This document shows positions 13,801 through 28,460 of a stretch of 64,000 bases of DNA, piece by piece (position 1 is the stretch's first letter; the number at the start of each line of letters is the position of its first letter). Origin of the DNA: Malacoraja senta (lineage: Eukaryota); the NCBI GenBank assembly GCA_038087875.1, contig JAXLNO010000467.1:1-64000 (forward strand). The letters run 5' to 3'. The notes under the pieces are model-generated. The model searched no databases. It was not told where the DNA came from and saw only the letters and a program-made list of their open reading frames with translations. A program made the position numbers and the translations under genes.

Positions 13801-16800
13801 AAGGTAGCCATAAATTAGGCAAGGTCGCGTCAAATCCGGCAAGGTCGCCACATTTCCGGGAAGGGCGCCATAGATTCGGCAAGGTCGCCACAGATCCGGC
13901 AAGGTCGCAACATTCCGGCAAGGTCGCCATAAATCCGGCATCGTCGCCACAAATCCAGCAAGGTCACCATATTTCCGGCAAGGTCGCCATGAATCCGGCA
14001 AGGTCGCCACAAATCCGGCAATGTAGCCTTATTTCCGGCAAGATCGCCATAAATCCGGCAAGGTCGCCACAAATCCGGCAGGGTCGCCACATTTGCGGCA
14101 ACGTCGCCATAAATCCGACAAGGTCGCCACAAATACGGCAAGGTAGCCATATTTACGGCAAGATCGCCATAAATCCGGCAAGGTCGCCACAAATCCGGCA
14201 AGGTCGCCCCATTTGCGGCAACGTTGCCATAAATCCGGCAAGGTCGCCACAAATACGGCAATGTCGCCACATCCCCGGCAAGGTCGCCATAAATCCGGCA
14301 AGGTCGCCACAAATCCGTCATGGTCGCCACATGTCAGGCAAGGTCGCCGCATTTCCGGCAACGTCGCCATAAATCCGGCAAGGTGGTCACAAATCCGACA
14401 TGGTCGCCATAATTCCGGCAAGGTCGCCACATTTCCGGCAAGGACGCCATAAATCCGGCAAGGTCGCCACAAATCCGGCAAGATCGCCACATTTCCGGCA
14501 AGGACGCCATAAATCCGGCAAGGTCGGCACAAATCCGGCAAGGTCGCCACATTCCCGGTAAGGTCGCCTTATTTCCTGCAAGGTCGCCATAAATCCGGCA
14601 ATGTCGCCACAAATGCGGCAAGGTCGCCATATTTTCGGCAAGGTCGCCATAAATCCGGCAAGGTCGCCACAAATGCGTCAAGGTCGACATATTTTCGGCA
14701 AGGTCGCCATAAATCCGCCAAGGTCGCCATAAATCCGGCAAGATCGCCACAAATCCGGCAAGGTCGCCATAAATCCGGCAAGGTCGCCACAAATCCGACA
14801 AGGTCGCCATATTTTCGTCAAGGTCGCCATATTTCCGGAAAGGTCGCCATAAATCCGGCAATACCGCCCTATTTCCGGCACGATCGCCATAAATATGGCA
14901 AGGTCGCCACATATCCGACAAGGTCGCCATATTTCCGGCATGGTCTCCATAAATCCGGCAATGTCGCCACAAATCCGGCAAGGTCCCCATATTTCCGGCA
15001 AGGTCGCCATAAATCCCGCAAGGTCGCCACAAATACGGCAAGGTCGCCACATCCCCGGCAAGGTCGCCATAAATCCGGCAAGGTCGCCACAAATCCGGCA
15101 AGGTCGCCACATTTGCGGCAACGTCGCCATAAATCTGGCAAGGTCGCCACATTTCAGGCAAGGTCGCCGCATTTCCGGCAACGTCGCCATAAATCCGGCA
15201 AGGTGGACACAAATCCGACAAGGTCGCCATAAATCCGGCAAGGACGCCACATTTCCGGCACGATCGCCATAAATATGGCAAGGTCGCCACATATCCGACA
15301 AGGTCGCCATATTTCCGGCATGGTCTCCATAAATCCGGCAATGTCGCCACAAATCCGGCAAGGTCCCCATATTTCCGGCAAGGTCGCCATAAATCCCGCA
15401 AGGTCGCCACAAACCTGGCAAGGTCGCTATATTTCCGGCAAGGTTGCAATAAATCCGGCAAGGTCGCCACAAATCCGGCAAGGTCGCCACATTGGCGGCA
15501 ACGTCGCCATAAATCCGGCAAGGTCGCCACAAATACGGCAAGGTCGCCACATCCCCGGCAAGGTCGCCATAAATCCGGCAAGGTCGCCACAAATCCGGCA
15601 AGGTCGCCACATTTGCGGCAACGTCGCCATAAATCTGGCAAGGTCGCCACATTTCAGGCAAGGTCGCCGCATTTCCGGCAACGTCGCCATAAATCCGGCA
15701 AGGTGGACACAAATCCGACAAGGTCGCCATAAATCCGGCAAGGACGCCACATTTCCGGCAAGGACGCCATAAATCCGGCAAGGTCGCCACAAATCCGGCA
15801 GAGTCTCCTATTTCCGGCAAGGTCGCCATAAATCCGGCACGGCCGCCACAAATCCGGCAAGGTTGCCACATTTCCGGCAATGTCGCAACAAATCTGGCAT
15901 AGTCGCCACAAATCCGTCAAGGTCGGCATTTTTCCGGCAAGGTCGCCATAAATCCCGCAAGGTCGCCACAAATCCGGCAAGGTCGCCATATTTGCGGCAA
16001 GGTCGCCATGAATCCGGCAAGGTCGCCACAAATCCGGCAAGGTAGCCATATTTCCCGCAATGTCGCCATAAGTCCGGCAAGGTCGCCACAAATCCGGCAA
16101 GGTCGCCATATTTCCGGCAAGGTCGCCACAAATCCGGCAAGATCGCCATATTTCCGGCAAGGTCGCCATAAATCCGGCATGGTGGCCACAAATCAGGGAA
16201 GATCGCCATATTTCCGGCAAGGTCACCATAAATCCGGCGTTCGCCATATTTCCGGCAAGGTCGCCATAAATCCCGCAAGGTTGCCACAAATCCGGCAAGG
16301 TCGCCATATTTTCGGCAAGGTCGCCATAAATCCGGCATCGTCGCCATAAATCCGGCAAGGTCGCCACAAATGCGGCAAGTTCGCCATATTTCCGGCACGG
16401 TCGCCATAAATCCGGCAAGGTCGCCATTTTTTCGGCAAGGTCGCCATAAATCCCGCAAGGTCGCCACAAATCCGGCAAGGTCGCCATATTTCCGGCAAGG
16501 TCGCCATAAATCCGGCAAGCTCGCCACAAATCCGGCAGTCGCCTATTTCCGGCAAGGTCGCCATAAATCCGGCACGGCCGCCACAAATCCGGCAAGGTGG
16601 CCACATTTCCGGCAAGGTCGCAACAAATCTGGCAAGGTCGCCGCAAATCCGACAAGGTCGCCATATTTCCGGCAAGGTCGCCATAAATCCCGCAAGGTCG
16701 CCACAAATCTGGCAAGGTAGCCATATTTCCGGCAAGGTCGCCATAAATCCGGCATGTCGCCACAAATCCGGCAAGATCGCCATATTTCCGGCAAGGTCGC

Positions 16801-18842
16801 CACAAGTCCGGCAAGGTCGCCATATTTCCGGCAAGGTCGCCATAAATCCGGCATGGTGGCCACAAATCAGGGAAGGTCGCCATATTTCCGGCAAGGTCGC
16901 ATAAATCCGGCAAGGTCGCGATAAATCCGGCAAGGTCGCCCCAAATCCGTCAGAGTCGCCTATTTCCGGCAAGGTCGCCATAAATCCGGCACGGCCGCCA
17001 CAAATCCGGCAAGGTCGCCACATTTCCGGCAGTGTCGCAACAAATCTGGCAAAGTCGCCACAAATCCGACAAGGTCGCCATATTTCCGGCAAGGTCGCCA
17101 TAAACCCCGCAAGGTCGCCACAAATCCGGCAATGTCGCCATATTTCCGGCAAGGTCGCCATGAATCCGACAAGGTCGCCATATTTCCGGCAAGGTCGCCA
17201 TAAATCCCACAAGGTCGCCACAAATCCGGCAATGTCGCCATATTTCTGGCAAGGTCGCCATAAATCCGGCAAGGTCGCCACAAATCCGGCAAGGTTGCCA
17301 TATATCCGGAAAGGTCGTCATAAATCCGGCAAAGTGGCCACAAATCCGACAAGGTCGCCATATTTCCGGCAAGTTCGCCATAAATCCGGCAAGGTGGCCA
17401 CAAATCAGGGAAGGTCGACATAGTTACGGCAAGGTCGCCATAAACCCGGCAAGGTGGCCACAAATCAGGGAAGGTCGACATATTTACGGCAAGGTCGCCA
17501 TAAATCCGGCAAGGTCGCCATATTTCCGGCATGATGTCCATAAATACGGCAAGGTCGCCACAAATCCGGCAAGGTCGCCATATTTCCGGCACGGTCGCCA
17601 TAAATCCGGCAAGGTCGCCACAAACCCGGAAAGGTCGCCATTTTTCCGGCAAGGTCGCCACAAATCCGGCAATGTAGCCTTATTTCCGGCAAGATCGCCA
17701 TAAATCCGGCAAGGTCGCCACAAATCCGGCAGGGTCGCCACAAATCCGGCAAGGTAGCCATATTTCCCGCAAGGTCGCCATAAATCCTGCAAGGTCGCCG
17801 CAAATCCGGCAAGGTCGCCATATTTCCGGCAAGGTCGACACAAATCCGGCAAGATCGCCATATTTCCGGCAAGGTCGCCATAAATCCGGCATGGTGGCCA
17901 CAAATCAGGGAAGATCGCCATATTTCCGGCAAGGTCGCCATAAATCCGGCGTTCGCCATATTTCCGGCAAGGTCGCCACAAATCCGGCAAGGTCGCCATA
18001 TTTCCGGCAATGTCACCATAAATCCGGCAAGATCGCCACAAATCCAGTAAGATGGCGTCAAATCCGGCAAGGTCGCCATATTTCAATCAAGGTAGCCATA
18101 AATTCGGCAAGGTCGCGTTAAATCCGGCAAGGTCGCCACATTTCCTGGAAGGTCGCCATAGATCCGGCAAGGTCGCCACAAATCCGGCAAGGTCGCAACA
18201 TTCCGGCAAGGTCGCCATAAATCCGGCATCGTCGCTACAAACACGGCAAGGTCACCACATTTCCGGCAAGGTCACCATGAACCCGGCAAGGTCGCCACAA
18301 ATCCGGCAAGGTAGCCATATTTCCGGCAAGATCGCCATAAATCCGGCAAGGTCGCCACAAATCCGGCAAGGTCGCCCCATTTGCGGCAACGTTGCCATAA
18401 ATCCGGCAAGGTCGCCACAAATACGGCAAGGTCGCCACATCCCCGGCAAGGTCGCCATAAATCCGGCAAGGTCGCCACAAATCCGTCATGGTCGCCACAT
18501 TTCAGGCAAGGTCGCCGCATTTCCGGCAACGCCGCCATAAATCCGGCAAGATGGTCACAAATCCGACAAGGTCGCCATAATTCCGGCAAGGTCGCCACAT
18601 TTCCGGCAAGGACGCCATAAATCCGGCAAGGTCGCCACAAATCCGACAAGGTCGCCATATTTTCGTCACGGTCGCCATATTTCCGGCAAGGTCGCCATAA
18701 ATCCGGCAGGGTGGACACAAATCCGACAAGGTCGCCATAAATCCGGCAAGGTCGCCACATTTCCGGCAAGGACGACATAAATCCGGAAAGGTCGCCACAA
18801 ATCCGGCAAGGTCGCCACATTTCCGGCAAGGCCGCCACAAAT

Positions 18843-19445
18843 CCGGCAAGGTCGCCACATTTCCGGCAAGGTCGCAACAAATCTGGCAAAGTCGCCACAA
18901 ATCCGACAAGGTCGCCATTTTTCCGGCAAGGTCGCCATAAATCCCGCAAGGACGCCACAAATCCGGCAAGGTCGCCATATTTCCGGCAAGGTCGCCATGA
19001 ATCCGGCAAGGTCGCCACAAATCCGGCAAGGTAGCCATATTTCCGGCAAGGTCACCATAAATCCGGCAAGGTCGCCACAAATCCGGCAAGGTCGCCATAT
19101 TTCCGGCAAGGTCGCCACAAATCCGGCAAGGTCGCCATATTTCCGGCAAGGTCGCCACATTTCCGGCAAGGTCGCAACAAATCTGGCAAAGTCGCCACAA
19201 ATCCGACAAGGTCGCCATTTTTCCGGCAAGGTCGCCATAAATCCCGCAAGGACGCCACAAATCCGGCAAGGTCGCCATATTTCCGGCAAGGTCGCCATGA
19301 ATCCGGCAAGGTCGCCACAAATCCGGCAAGGTAGCCATATTTCCGGCAAGGTCACCATAAATCCGGCAAGGTCGCCACAAATCCGGCAAGGTCGCCATAT
19401 TTCCGGCAAGGTCGCCACAAATGCGGCAAGGTCGCCATATTTCCG
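18843..19445 (+). repeat. Tandem duplication, unit 300 bp (15 monomers)
   Basis: gtcgcaacaaatctggcaaagtc at 18871 and 19171; atcccgcaaggacgcc at 18941 and 19241. Confidence 0.88.
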
Positions 19446-21479
19446 GCAAGGTCGCATGAATCCGGCAAGGTCGCCACAAATCCGGCAAGGTAGCCATATT
19501 TCCCGCAAGGTCGCCATAAATCCGGCAAGGTCGCCACAAATCCGGCAAGGTCGCAATATTTCGGGCAAGGTCGCCACAAATCCGGCAAGATCGCCATATT
19601 TCCGGCAAGGTCGCCATAAATCCGGCATGGAGGCCACAAATCAGGGAAGATCGCCATATTTCCGGCAACGTCGCCATAAATCCGGCCTTCGCCATATATC
19701 CGGCAATGAACCATATATCCGGCAAGGTCGCCACAAATCCGGCAAGGTCGCCATATTTCCGGCACGGTCGCCATAAATCCTGCAAGGTCGCCACAAATCA
19801 AGCAAGGACGCCATATTTCCGGCAAGGTCGCCATAAATCCCGCAAGGTCGCCACAAATCCGGCAAGGTCGCCATATTTCCGGCAAGGGCGCCATAAATCC
19901 GGCAAGGTCGCCATAAATCCGGCAAAGACGCCACAAATCCGGCAGAGTCTCCTATTTCCGGCAAGGTCGCCATAAATCCGGCACGGCCGCCACAAATCCG
20001 GCAAGGTCGCCACATTTCCGGCAAGGTCGCAACAAATCTGGCAAAGTAGCCACAAATCCGATAAGGTCACCATTTTTCCGGCAAGGTCGCCATGAATCCG
20101 GCAAGGTCGCCACAAATCCGGCAAGGTAGCCATATTTCCAGCAAGGTCGCCATAAATCCGGCAAGGTCGCCACAAATCCGGCAAGGTCGCCATATTTCCG
20201 GCAAGGTCGCCACAAATCCGGTAAGGTCGCCATATTTCCGGCAATGTCACCATAAATCCGGCAAGATCGCCACAAATTCGGCAAGGTCGCGTTAAATCCG
20301 GCAAGGTCGCCACATTTCCGGGAAGGTCGCCATAGATCCGGCAAGGTCGCCACAAATCCGGCAAGGTCGCAACATTCCGGCAAGGTCGCCATAAATCCGG
20401 CATCGTCGCCAGAAATCCGGCAAGGTCACCACTTTTCCGGCAAGGTCGCCATGAATCCGGCAAGGTCGCCACAAATCCGGCAAGGTAGCCATATTTCCGG
20501 CAAGATCGCCATAAATCAGGCAAGGTCGCCACAAATCCGGCAAGGTCGCCCCATTTGCGGCAACGTTGCCATAAATCCGGCAAGGTCGCCACAAATACGG
20601 CAAGGTCTCCACATCCCCGGCAAGGTCGCCATAAATCCGGCAAGGTCGCCACAAATCCGTCATGGTCGCCACATTTCAGGCAAGGTCGCCGCATTTCCGG
20701 CAACGTCGCCATAAATCCGGCAAGGTGGTCACAAATCCGACAAGGTCGCCATAATTCCGGCAAGGTCACCACATTTCCGGCAAGGACGCCATAAATCCGG
20801 CAAGGTCGCCACAAATCCGGCAAGGTCGCCACATTTCCGGCAAGGACGCCATAAATCCGGCAAGATCGCCACAAATCCGGCAAGGTCGCCATAAATCCGG
20901 CAAGGTCGCCACAAACCCGACAAGGTCGCCATATTTTCGTCACGGTCGCCATATTTCCGGCAAGGTCGCCATAAATCCGGCAATATCGCCCTATTTCCGG
21001 CACGATCGCCATAAATATGGCAAGGTCGCCACATATCCGGCAAGGTCGCCATATTTCCGGCATGGTCGCCATAAATCCGGCAAGGTCGCCACAAATCCGG
21101 CAAGGTCCCCATATTTCCGGCAAGGTCGCCATAAATCCCGCAAGGTCGCCACAAACCCGGCAAGGTCGCCATAAATCCGGCTAGGTCGCCACAAATGCGT
21201 CAAGGTCGCCACATTTCAGGCAAGGTCGCCGCATTTCCGGCAAGGACGCCATAAATCCGGCAATGTCGCCGCAAATGCGGCAAGGTCGCCATATTTGCGG
21301 CAAGGTCGCCATAAATCCGGCAAGGTCGCCATATTCCCGGCAAGGTCGCCATATCTCCTGCAAGGTCGCCATAAATCCGGCAATGTCGCCACAAATGCGG
21401 CAAGGTCGCCATATTTCCGGCAAGGTCACCATAAATCCGGCAAGGTCGCCATAAATCCGGCAAGATCGCCACAAATCCG

Positions 21480-23750
21480 GCAAGGTCGCCATAAATCCGG
21501 CAAGGTCGGCACAAATCCGGCAAGGTCGCCACATTCCCGGCAAGGTCGCCTTATTTCCTGCAAAGTCGCCATAAATCCGGCAATGTCGCCGCAAATGCGG
21601 CAAGGTCGCCATATTTCCGGCAAGGTCCCCATATTTCCGGCAAGGTCGCCATGAAAACAGCAAGGTCGCCACAAACGCGGCAAGGTCGCCATATTTCCGG
21701 CAAGGTCCCCATATTTCCGGCAAGGTCGCCATGAAAACAGCAAGGTCGCCACAAACGCGGCAAGGTCGCCATATTTCCGGCAAGGTCGCCATAAATCCGG
21801 CAAGGTCGCCACAAATCCGGCAAGGTCGCCACATTTGCGGCAACGTCGCCATAAATCCGGCAAGGTCGCCACAAATACGGCAAGGTCGCCACATCCCCGG
21901 CCAGGTCGCCATAAATCCGGCTAGGTCTCCACAAATGCGTCAAGGTCGCCACATTTCAGGCAAGGTCACCGCATTTCCGGCAACGTCGCCAAAAATCCGG
22001 CAAGGTGGACACAAATCCGACAAGGTCGCCATAAATCCGGCAAGGTCGCCACATTTCCGGCAAGGACGCCATAAATCCGGCAAGGTCGCCACAAATCCGG
22101 CAAGGTCGCCACATTTCCGGCAAGGTCGCCATAAATCCGGCAAGGTCGCCACAAACCCGACAAGGTCGCCATATTTTCGTCACGGTCGTCATATTTCCGG
22201 CAAGGTCGCCATAAATCCGGCAATATCGCCCTATTTCCGGCACGATCGCCATAAATGTGGCAAGGTGGCCACATATCCGGCAAGGTCGCCATGTTTCCGG
22301 CATGGTCGCCATAAATCCGGCAAGGTCGCCACAAATCCGGCAAGGTCCCCATATTTCCGGCAAGGTCGCCATAAATCCCGCAAGGTCGCCACAAACCCGG
22401 CAAGGTCGCCATAAATCCGGCTAGGTCGCCACAAATGCGTCAGGGTGGCCACATTTCAGGCAAGGTCGCCGCATTTCCGGCAAGGTCGCCACATTTCCGG
22501 CAAGGACGCCATAAATCCGGCAAGGTCGGCACAAATCTGGCAAGGTCGCCACATTCCCGGCAAGGTCGCCTTATTTCCTGCAAAGTCGCCATAAATCCGG
22601 CAATGTCGCCGCAAATGCGGCAAGGTCGCCATATTTCCGGCAAGGTCCCCATATTTCCGGCAAGGTCGCCATGAAAACAGCAAGGTCGCCACAAACGCGG
22701 CAAGGTCGCCATATTTCCGGCAAGGTCCCCATATTTCCGGCAAGGTCGCCATGAAAACAGCAAGGTCGCCACAAACGCGGCAAGGTCGCCATATTTCCGG
22801 CAAGGTCGCCATAAATCCGGCAAGGTCGCCACAAATCCGGCAAGGTCGCCACATTTGCGGCAACGTCGCCATAAATCCGGCAAGGTCGCCACAAATACGG
22901 CAAGGTCGCCACATCCCCGGCCAGGTCGCCATAAATCCGGCTAGGTCGCCACAAATGCGTCAAGGTCGCCACATTTCAGGCAAGGTCACCGCATTTCCGG
23001 CAACGTCGCCAAAAATCCGGCAAGGTGGACACAAATCCGACAAGGTCGCCATAAATCCGGCAAGGTCGCCACATTTCCGGCAAGGACGCCATAAATCCGG
23101 CAAGGTCGCCACAAATCCGGCAAGGTCGCCACATTTCCGGCAAGGTCGCCATAAATCCGGCAAGGTCGCCACAAACCCGACAAGGTCGCCATATTTTCGT
23201 CACGGTCGCCATATTTCCGGCAAGGTCGCCATAAATCCGGCAATATCGCCCTATTTCCGGCACGATCGCCATAAATATGGCAAGGTGGCCACATATCCGG
23301 CAAGGTCGCCATGTTTCCGGCATGGTCGCCATAAATCCGGCAAGGTCGCCACAAATCCGGCAAGGTCCCCATATTTCCGGCAAGGTCGCCATAAATCCCG
23401 CAAGGTCGCCACAAACCCGGCAAGGTCGCCATAAATCCGGCTAGGTCGCCACAAATGCGTCAGGGTGGCCACATTTCAGGCAAGGTCGCCGCATTTCCGG
23501 CAAGGACGCCATAAATCCGGCAAGGTCGGCACAAATCCGGCAAGGTCGCCACATTCCCGGCAAGGTCGCCTTATTTCCTGCAAAGTCGCCATAAATCCGG
23601 TAATGTCGCCGCAAATGCGGCAAGGTCGCCATATTTCCGGCAAGGTCCCCATATTTCCGGCAAGGTCGGCATGAAAACAGCAAGGTCGCCTCAAACGCGG
23701 CAAGGTCGCCATATTTCCGGCAAGGTCGCCATAAATCCGGCAAGGTCGCC
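21480..23750 (+). repeat. Higher-order tandem repeat, unit 1020 bp (51 monomers), two copies plus a partial third, with a nested 80-bp duplication
   Basis: ORFs 21731/22751, 21940/22960 and 22231/23251 are offset by 1020. Marker atgaaaacag at 21651, 21731, 22671, 22751 and 23671. Confidence 0.9.
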
Positions 23751-25559
23751 ACAAATCCGGCAAGGTCACCGCATTTCCGGCAACGTCGCCAAAAATCCGG
23801 CAAGGTGGACACAAATCCGACAAGGTCGCCATAAATCCGGCAAGGTCGCCACATTTCCGGCATGGACGCCATAAATCCGGCAAGGTCGCCACAAATCCGG
23901 CAAGGTCGCCACATTTCCGGGAAGGACGCCATAAATCCGGCAACGTCGGCACAAATCCGACAAGGTCGCTACATTTCCTGCAAGGTCACCATAAATCCGG
24001 CAATGTCGCCACAAATGCGGCAAGGTCGCCATATTTCCGGCAAGGTCGCCATAAATCCGGCAAGGTCGCCACAAATGCGTCAAGGTCGACATATTTCCGG
24101 GACGGCAGCCACAAATCCGGCAAGGTCACCATAAATCCTGTAAGGTCGCCATAAATCCAGCAAAGTCGGCATATTTCAGGCAAGGTCGCCATTAATCCGG
24201 CAAGGTCGCTACAAATTCGGCAAGGTCGCCATATATCCGGCAAGGAACCATATATCCGGCAAGGTCGCCACAAATCCGGCAAGGTCGCCATATTTCCGAC
24301 ATGGTCGTCATAAATCCGGCAAGGTGTCCAGAAATCCGACAAGGTAGCCATATTTCCGGAAAGTTCGCCATAAATCCGGCATGGTGGCCACAAATCAGGG
24401 AAGGTCGCCATATTTCCGGCAAAGTCGCCATACATCCGGCAAGGTCGCCTTACATCCGGCAAAGTCGCCATATTTCAGGCAAGGTCGCCACAAATGCGTC
24501 AAGGTCGACATATTTTCGGCAAGGTCGCCATAAATCCGGCAAGGTCGCCATAAATCCGGCAACGTCGCCATAAATCCGGCAAGGTCGCCACAAATGCGGC
24601 AAGGTCGCCACAAATCCGGCAAGGTCCCCATATTTCCGGAAGGTCGCCATACATCCCGCAAGGTCGCCACAAACCCGGCAAGGTCGCTATATTTCCGGCA
24701 AGGTCGCCATAAATCCGGCAACTGCGCCACAAATCCGGCAAGGTCGCCTTATTTCCTGCAAAGTCGCCATAAATCCGGCAATGTCGCCGCAAATGCGGCA
24801 AGGTCGCCATATTTCCGGCAAGGTCGCCATAAATCCGGCAAGGTCGCCACAAATGCGTTAAGGTCGACATATTTCCGGCAAGGTCGCCATATTTCCGGCA
24901 TGCTCGCCATAAATCCGGCAAGGTTGCCACAAATCCGGCAAGGTCCCCATATTTCCGGCAAGGTCGCCACAAATCCAGCAAGGTCACCACAAACCCGGCA
25001 AGGTCGCCATAAATCCGGCAAGGTCGCCACAATCCGGCAAGGTCGCCACATTTGCGACAACGTCGCCATAAATCCGTCAAGGTCGCCACAAATACGGCAA
25101 GGTCGCCACATCCCCGGCAAGGTCGCCATAAATCCGACTAGTTCGCCACAAATGCGTCAAGGTCGCCACATTTCAGGCAAGGTCGCCGCATTTCCGGCAA
25201 CGTCGCCATAAATCCGGCAAGGTGGACACAAATCCGACAAGGTCACCATAAATCCGACAAGGTCGCCACATTTCCGGCAAGGGGCACCATAAATACGGCA
25301 AGGTCGCCACAAATCCGGCAAGCTCGCCACATTCCGCGAAGGACGCCATAAATCCGGCAAGGTCGGCACAAATCCGGCAAGGTCGCCACATTTCCTGCAA
25401 GGTCGCCATAAATCCGGCAATGTCGCCACAAATGCGGCAACGTCGCCATATTTCCGGCAAGGTCGCCATAAATCCGGCAAGGTCGCCAGAAATGCGTCAA
25501 GGTCGACATATTTCCGGGACGGCAGCCTCAAATCCGGCAAGGTCGCCATAAATCCTGTA

Positions 25560-28460
25560 AGGTCGCCATAAATCCGGCAAAGTCGGCATATTTCAGGCAA
25601 GGTCGCCATTAATCCGGCAAGGTCGCTACAAATTCGGCAAGGTCGCCATATATCCGGCAAGGAACCATATATCCTGGTAGCCATATTTCCGGAAAGTTCG
25701 CCATAAATCCGGCATGGTGGCCACAAATCAGGGAAGGTCGCCATATTTCCGGCAAAGTCGCCATACATCCGGCAAGGTCGCCATAAATCCGGCAAAGTCG
25801 CCATATTTCAGGCAAGGTCGCCACAGATGCGTCAAGGTCGACATATTTTCGGCAAGGTCGCCACAAATCCGGCAAGGTCGCCATAAATCCGGCAAGGTCG
25901 CCACAAATCCGACAAGGTCGCCATATTTTCGTCACGGTCGCCATATTTCCGGCAAGGTCGCCATCAATCCGGCAATATCGCCCTATTTCCGGCACGATCG
26001 CCATAAATATGGCAAGGTCGCCACATATCCGGCAAGGTCGCCATATTTCCGGCATGGTCGCTATAAATCCGGCAAGGTCGCCACAAATCCGGCAAGGGCC
26101 CCATATTTCCGGAAGGTCGCCATACATCCCGCAAGGTCGCCACAACCCGGCAAGGTCGCTATATTTCCGGCAAGGTCGCCATAAATCCGGCAAGGTCGCC
26201 ATAAATCCGGCAAATCGGCATATTTCAGGCAAGGTTCGCCATTAATCCGGCAAGGTCGCTACAAATTCGGCAAGGTCGCCATATATCCGGCAAGGAACCA
26301 TATATCCTGCAAGGTCGCCACAAATCCGGCAAGGTCGCCATATTTCCGACATGGTCGTCATAAATCCGGCAAGGAGGCCAGAAATCCGATAAGGTAGCCA
26401 TATTTCCGGAAAGTTCGCCATAAATCCGGCATGGTGGCCACAAATCATGGAAGGTCGCCATATTTCCGGCAAAGTCGCCATACATCCGGCAAGGTCGCCA
26501 TAAATCCGGCAAAGTCGCCATATTTCAGGCAAGGTCGCCACAGATGCGTCAAGGTCGACATATTTTCGGCAAGGTCGCCACAAATCCGGCAAGGTCGCCA
26601 TAAATCCGGCAAGGTCGCCACAAATCCGACAAGGTCGCCATATTTTCGTCACGGTCGCCATATTTCCGGCAAGGTCGCCATCAATCCGGCAATATCGCCC
26701 TATTTGCGGCACGATCGCCATAAATATGGCAAGGTCGCCACATATCCGGCAAGGTCGCCATATTTCCGGCATGGTCGCTATAAATCCGGCAAGGTCGCCA
26801 CAAATCCGGCAAGGGCCCCATATTTCCGGAAAGTCGCCATACATCCCGCAAGGTCGCCACAAACCCGGCAAGGTCGCTATATTTCCGGCAAGGTCGCCAT
26901 AAATTCGGCAAGGTCGCCATATTTCCGGCAAATCGGCATATTTCAGGCAAGGTCGCCATTAATCCGGCAAGGTCGCTACAAATTCGGCAAGGTCGCCATA
27001 TATCCGGCAAGGAACCATATATCCGGCAAGGTCGCCACAAATCCGGCAAGGTCGCCATATTTCCGACATGGTCGTCATAAATCCGGCAAGGTGGCCAGAA
27101 ATCCGACAAGGTAGCCATATTTCCGGAAAGTTCGCCATAAATCCGGCATGGTGGCCACAAATTAGGGAAGGTCGCCATATTTCCGGCAAAGTCGCCATAC
27201 ATCCGGCAAGGTCGCCATAAATCCGGCAAAGTCGCCATATTTCAGATAAGGTCGCCACAAATGCGTCATGGTCGACATATTTTCGGCAAGGTCGCCATAA
27301 ATCCGGCAAGATCGCCATAAATCCGGCAAGATCGCCACAAATCCGGCAAGGTCGCCATAAATCCGGCAAGGTCGCCACAAATCCGACAAGGTCGCCATAT
27401 TTTCGTCACGGTCGCCATATTTCCGTCAAGGACGCCATAAATCCGGCAATATCGCCCTATTTCCGGCACGATCGCCATAAATATGGCAAGGTCGCCACAT
27501 ATCCGGCAAGGTCGCCATATTTCCGGCATGGTCGCCATATATCCGGCAAGGTCGCCACAAATCCGGCAAGGTCCCCATATTTCCGGAAGGTCGCCATACA
27601 TCCCGCAAGGTCGCCACAAACCAGGCAAGGTCGCTGTATTTCCGGCAAGGTCGCCATAAATCCGGCAAGGTCGCCACAAATCCGGCAAGGTCGCCACATT
27701 TACGGCAAGGTCGCCATTAATCCGGCAAGGTCGCTACAAATTCGGCAAGGTCGCCATATATCCGGCAAGGAACCATATATCCGGCAAGGTCACCACAAAT
27801 TCGGCAAGGTCGCCATATTTCCGACATGGTCGTCATAAAACCGGCAAGGTGGCCAGAAATCCGACAAGGTAGCCATATTTCCGGAAAGTTCGCCATAAAT
27901 CCGGCATGGTGGCCACAAATCAGGGAAGGTCGCCATATTTCCGGCAAAGTCGCCATGCATCCGGCAAGGTCGCCATAAATCGGGCAAAGTCGCCATATTT
28001 CAGGCAAGGTCGCCACAAATGCGTCAAGGTCGACATATTTTCGGCAAGGTCGCCATAAATCCGGCAAGGTCGCCATAAATCCGGCAAGATCGCCACAAAT
28101 CCGGCAAGGTCGCCATAAATCCGGCAAGGTCGCCACAAATCCGACAAGGTCGCCATATTTTCGTCACGGTCGCCATATTTCCGGCAAGGTCGCCATAAAT
28201 CCGGCAATATCGCCCTATTTCAGGCACGATCGCCATAAATATGGCAAGGTCGCCACATATCCGGCAAGGTCGCCATACTGCCGGCATGGTCGCCATAAAT
28301 CCGGCAAGGTCGCCACAAATCCGGCAAGGTCCCCATATTTCCGGAAGGTCGCCATACATCCCGCAAGGTCGCCACAAACCCGGCAAGGTCGCTATATTTC
28401 CGGCAAGGTCGCCATAAATCCGGCAAGGTCGCCACAAATCCGGCAAGGTCGCCACATTTG
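25560..28460 (+). repeat. Higher-order repeat domain with units of about 0.63-0.76 kb (about 4 diverged copies)
   Basis: Marker caaggaaccatatatcc near 25658, 26291, 27007 and 27765. ORF offsets are 717 (25714/26431) and 758 (26959/27717, 27266/28024). Confidence 0.85.
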
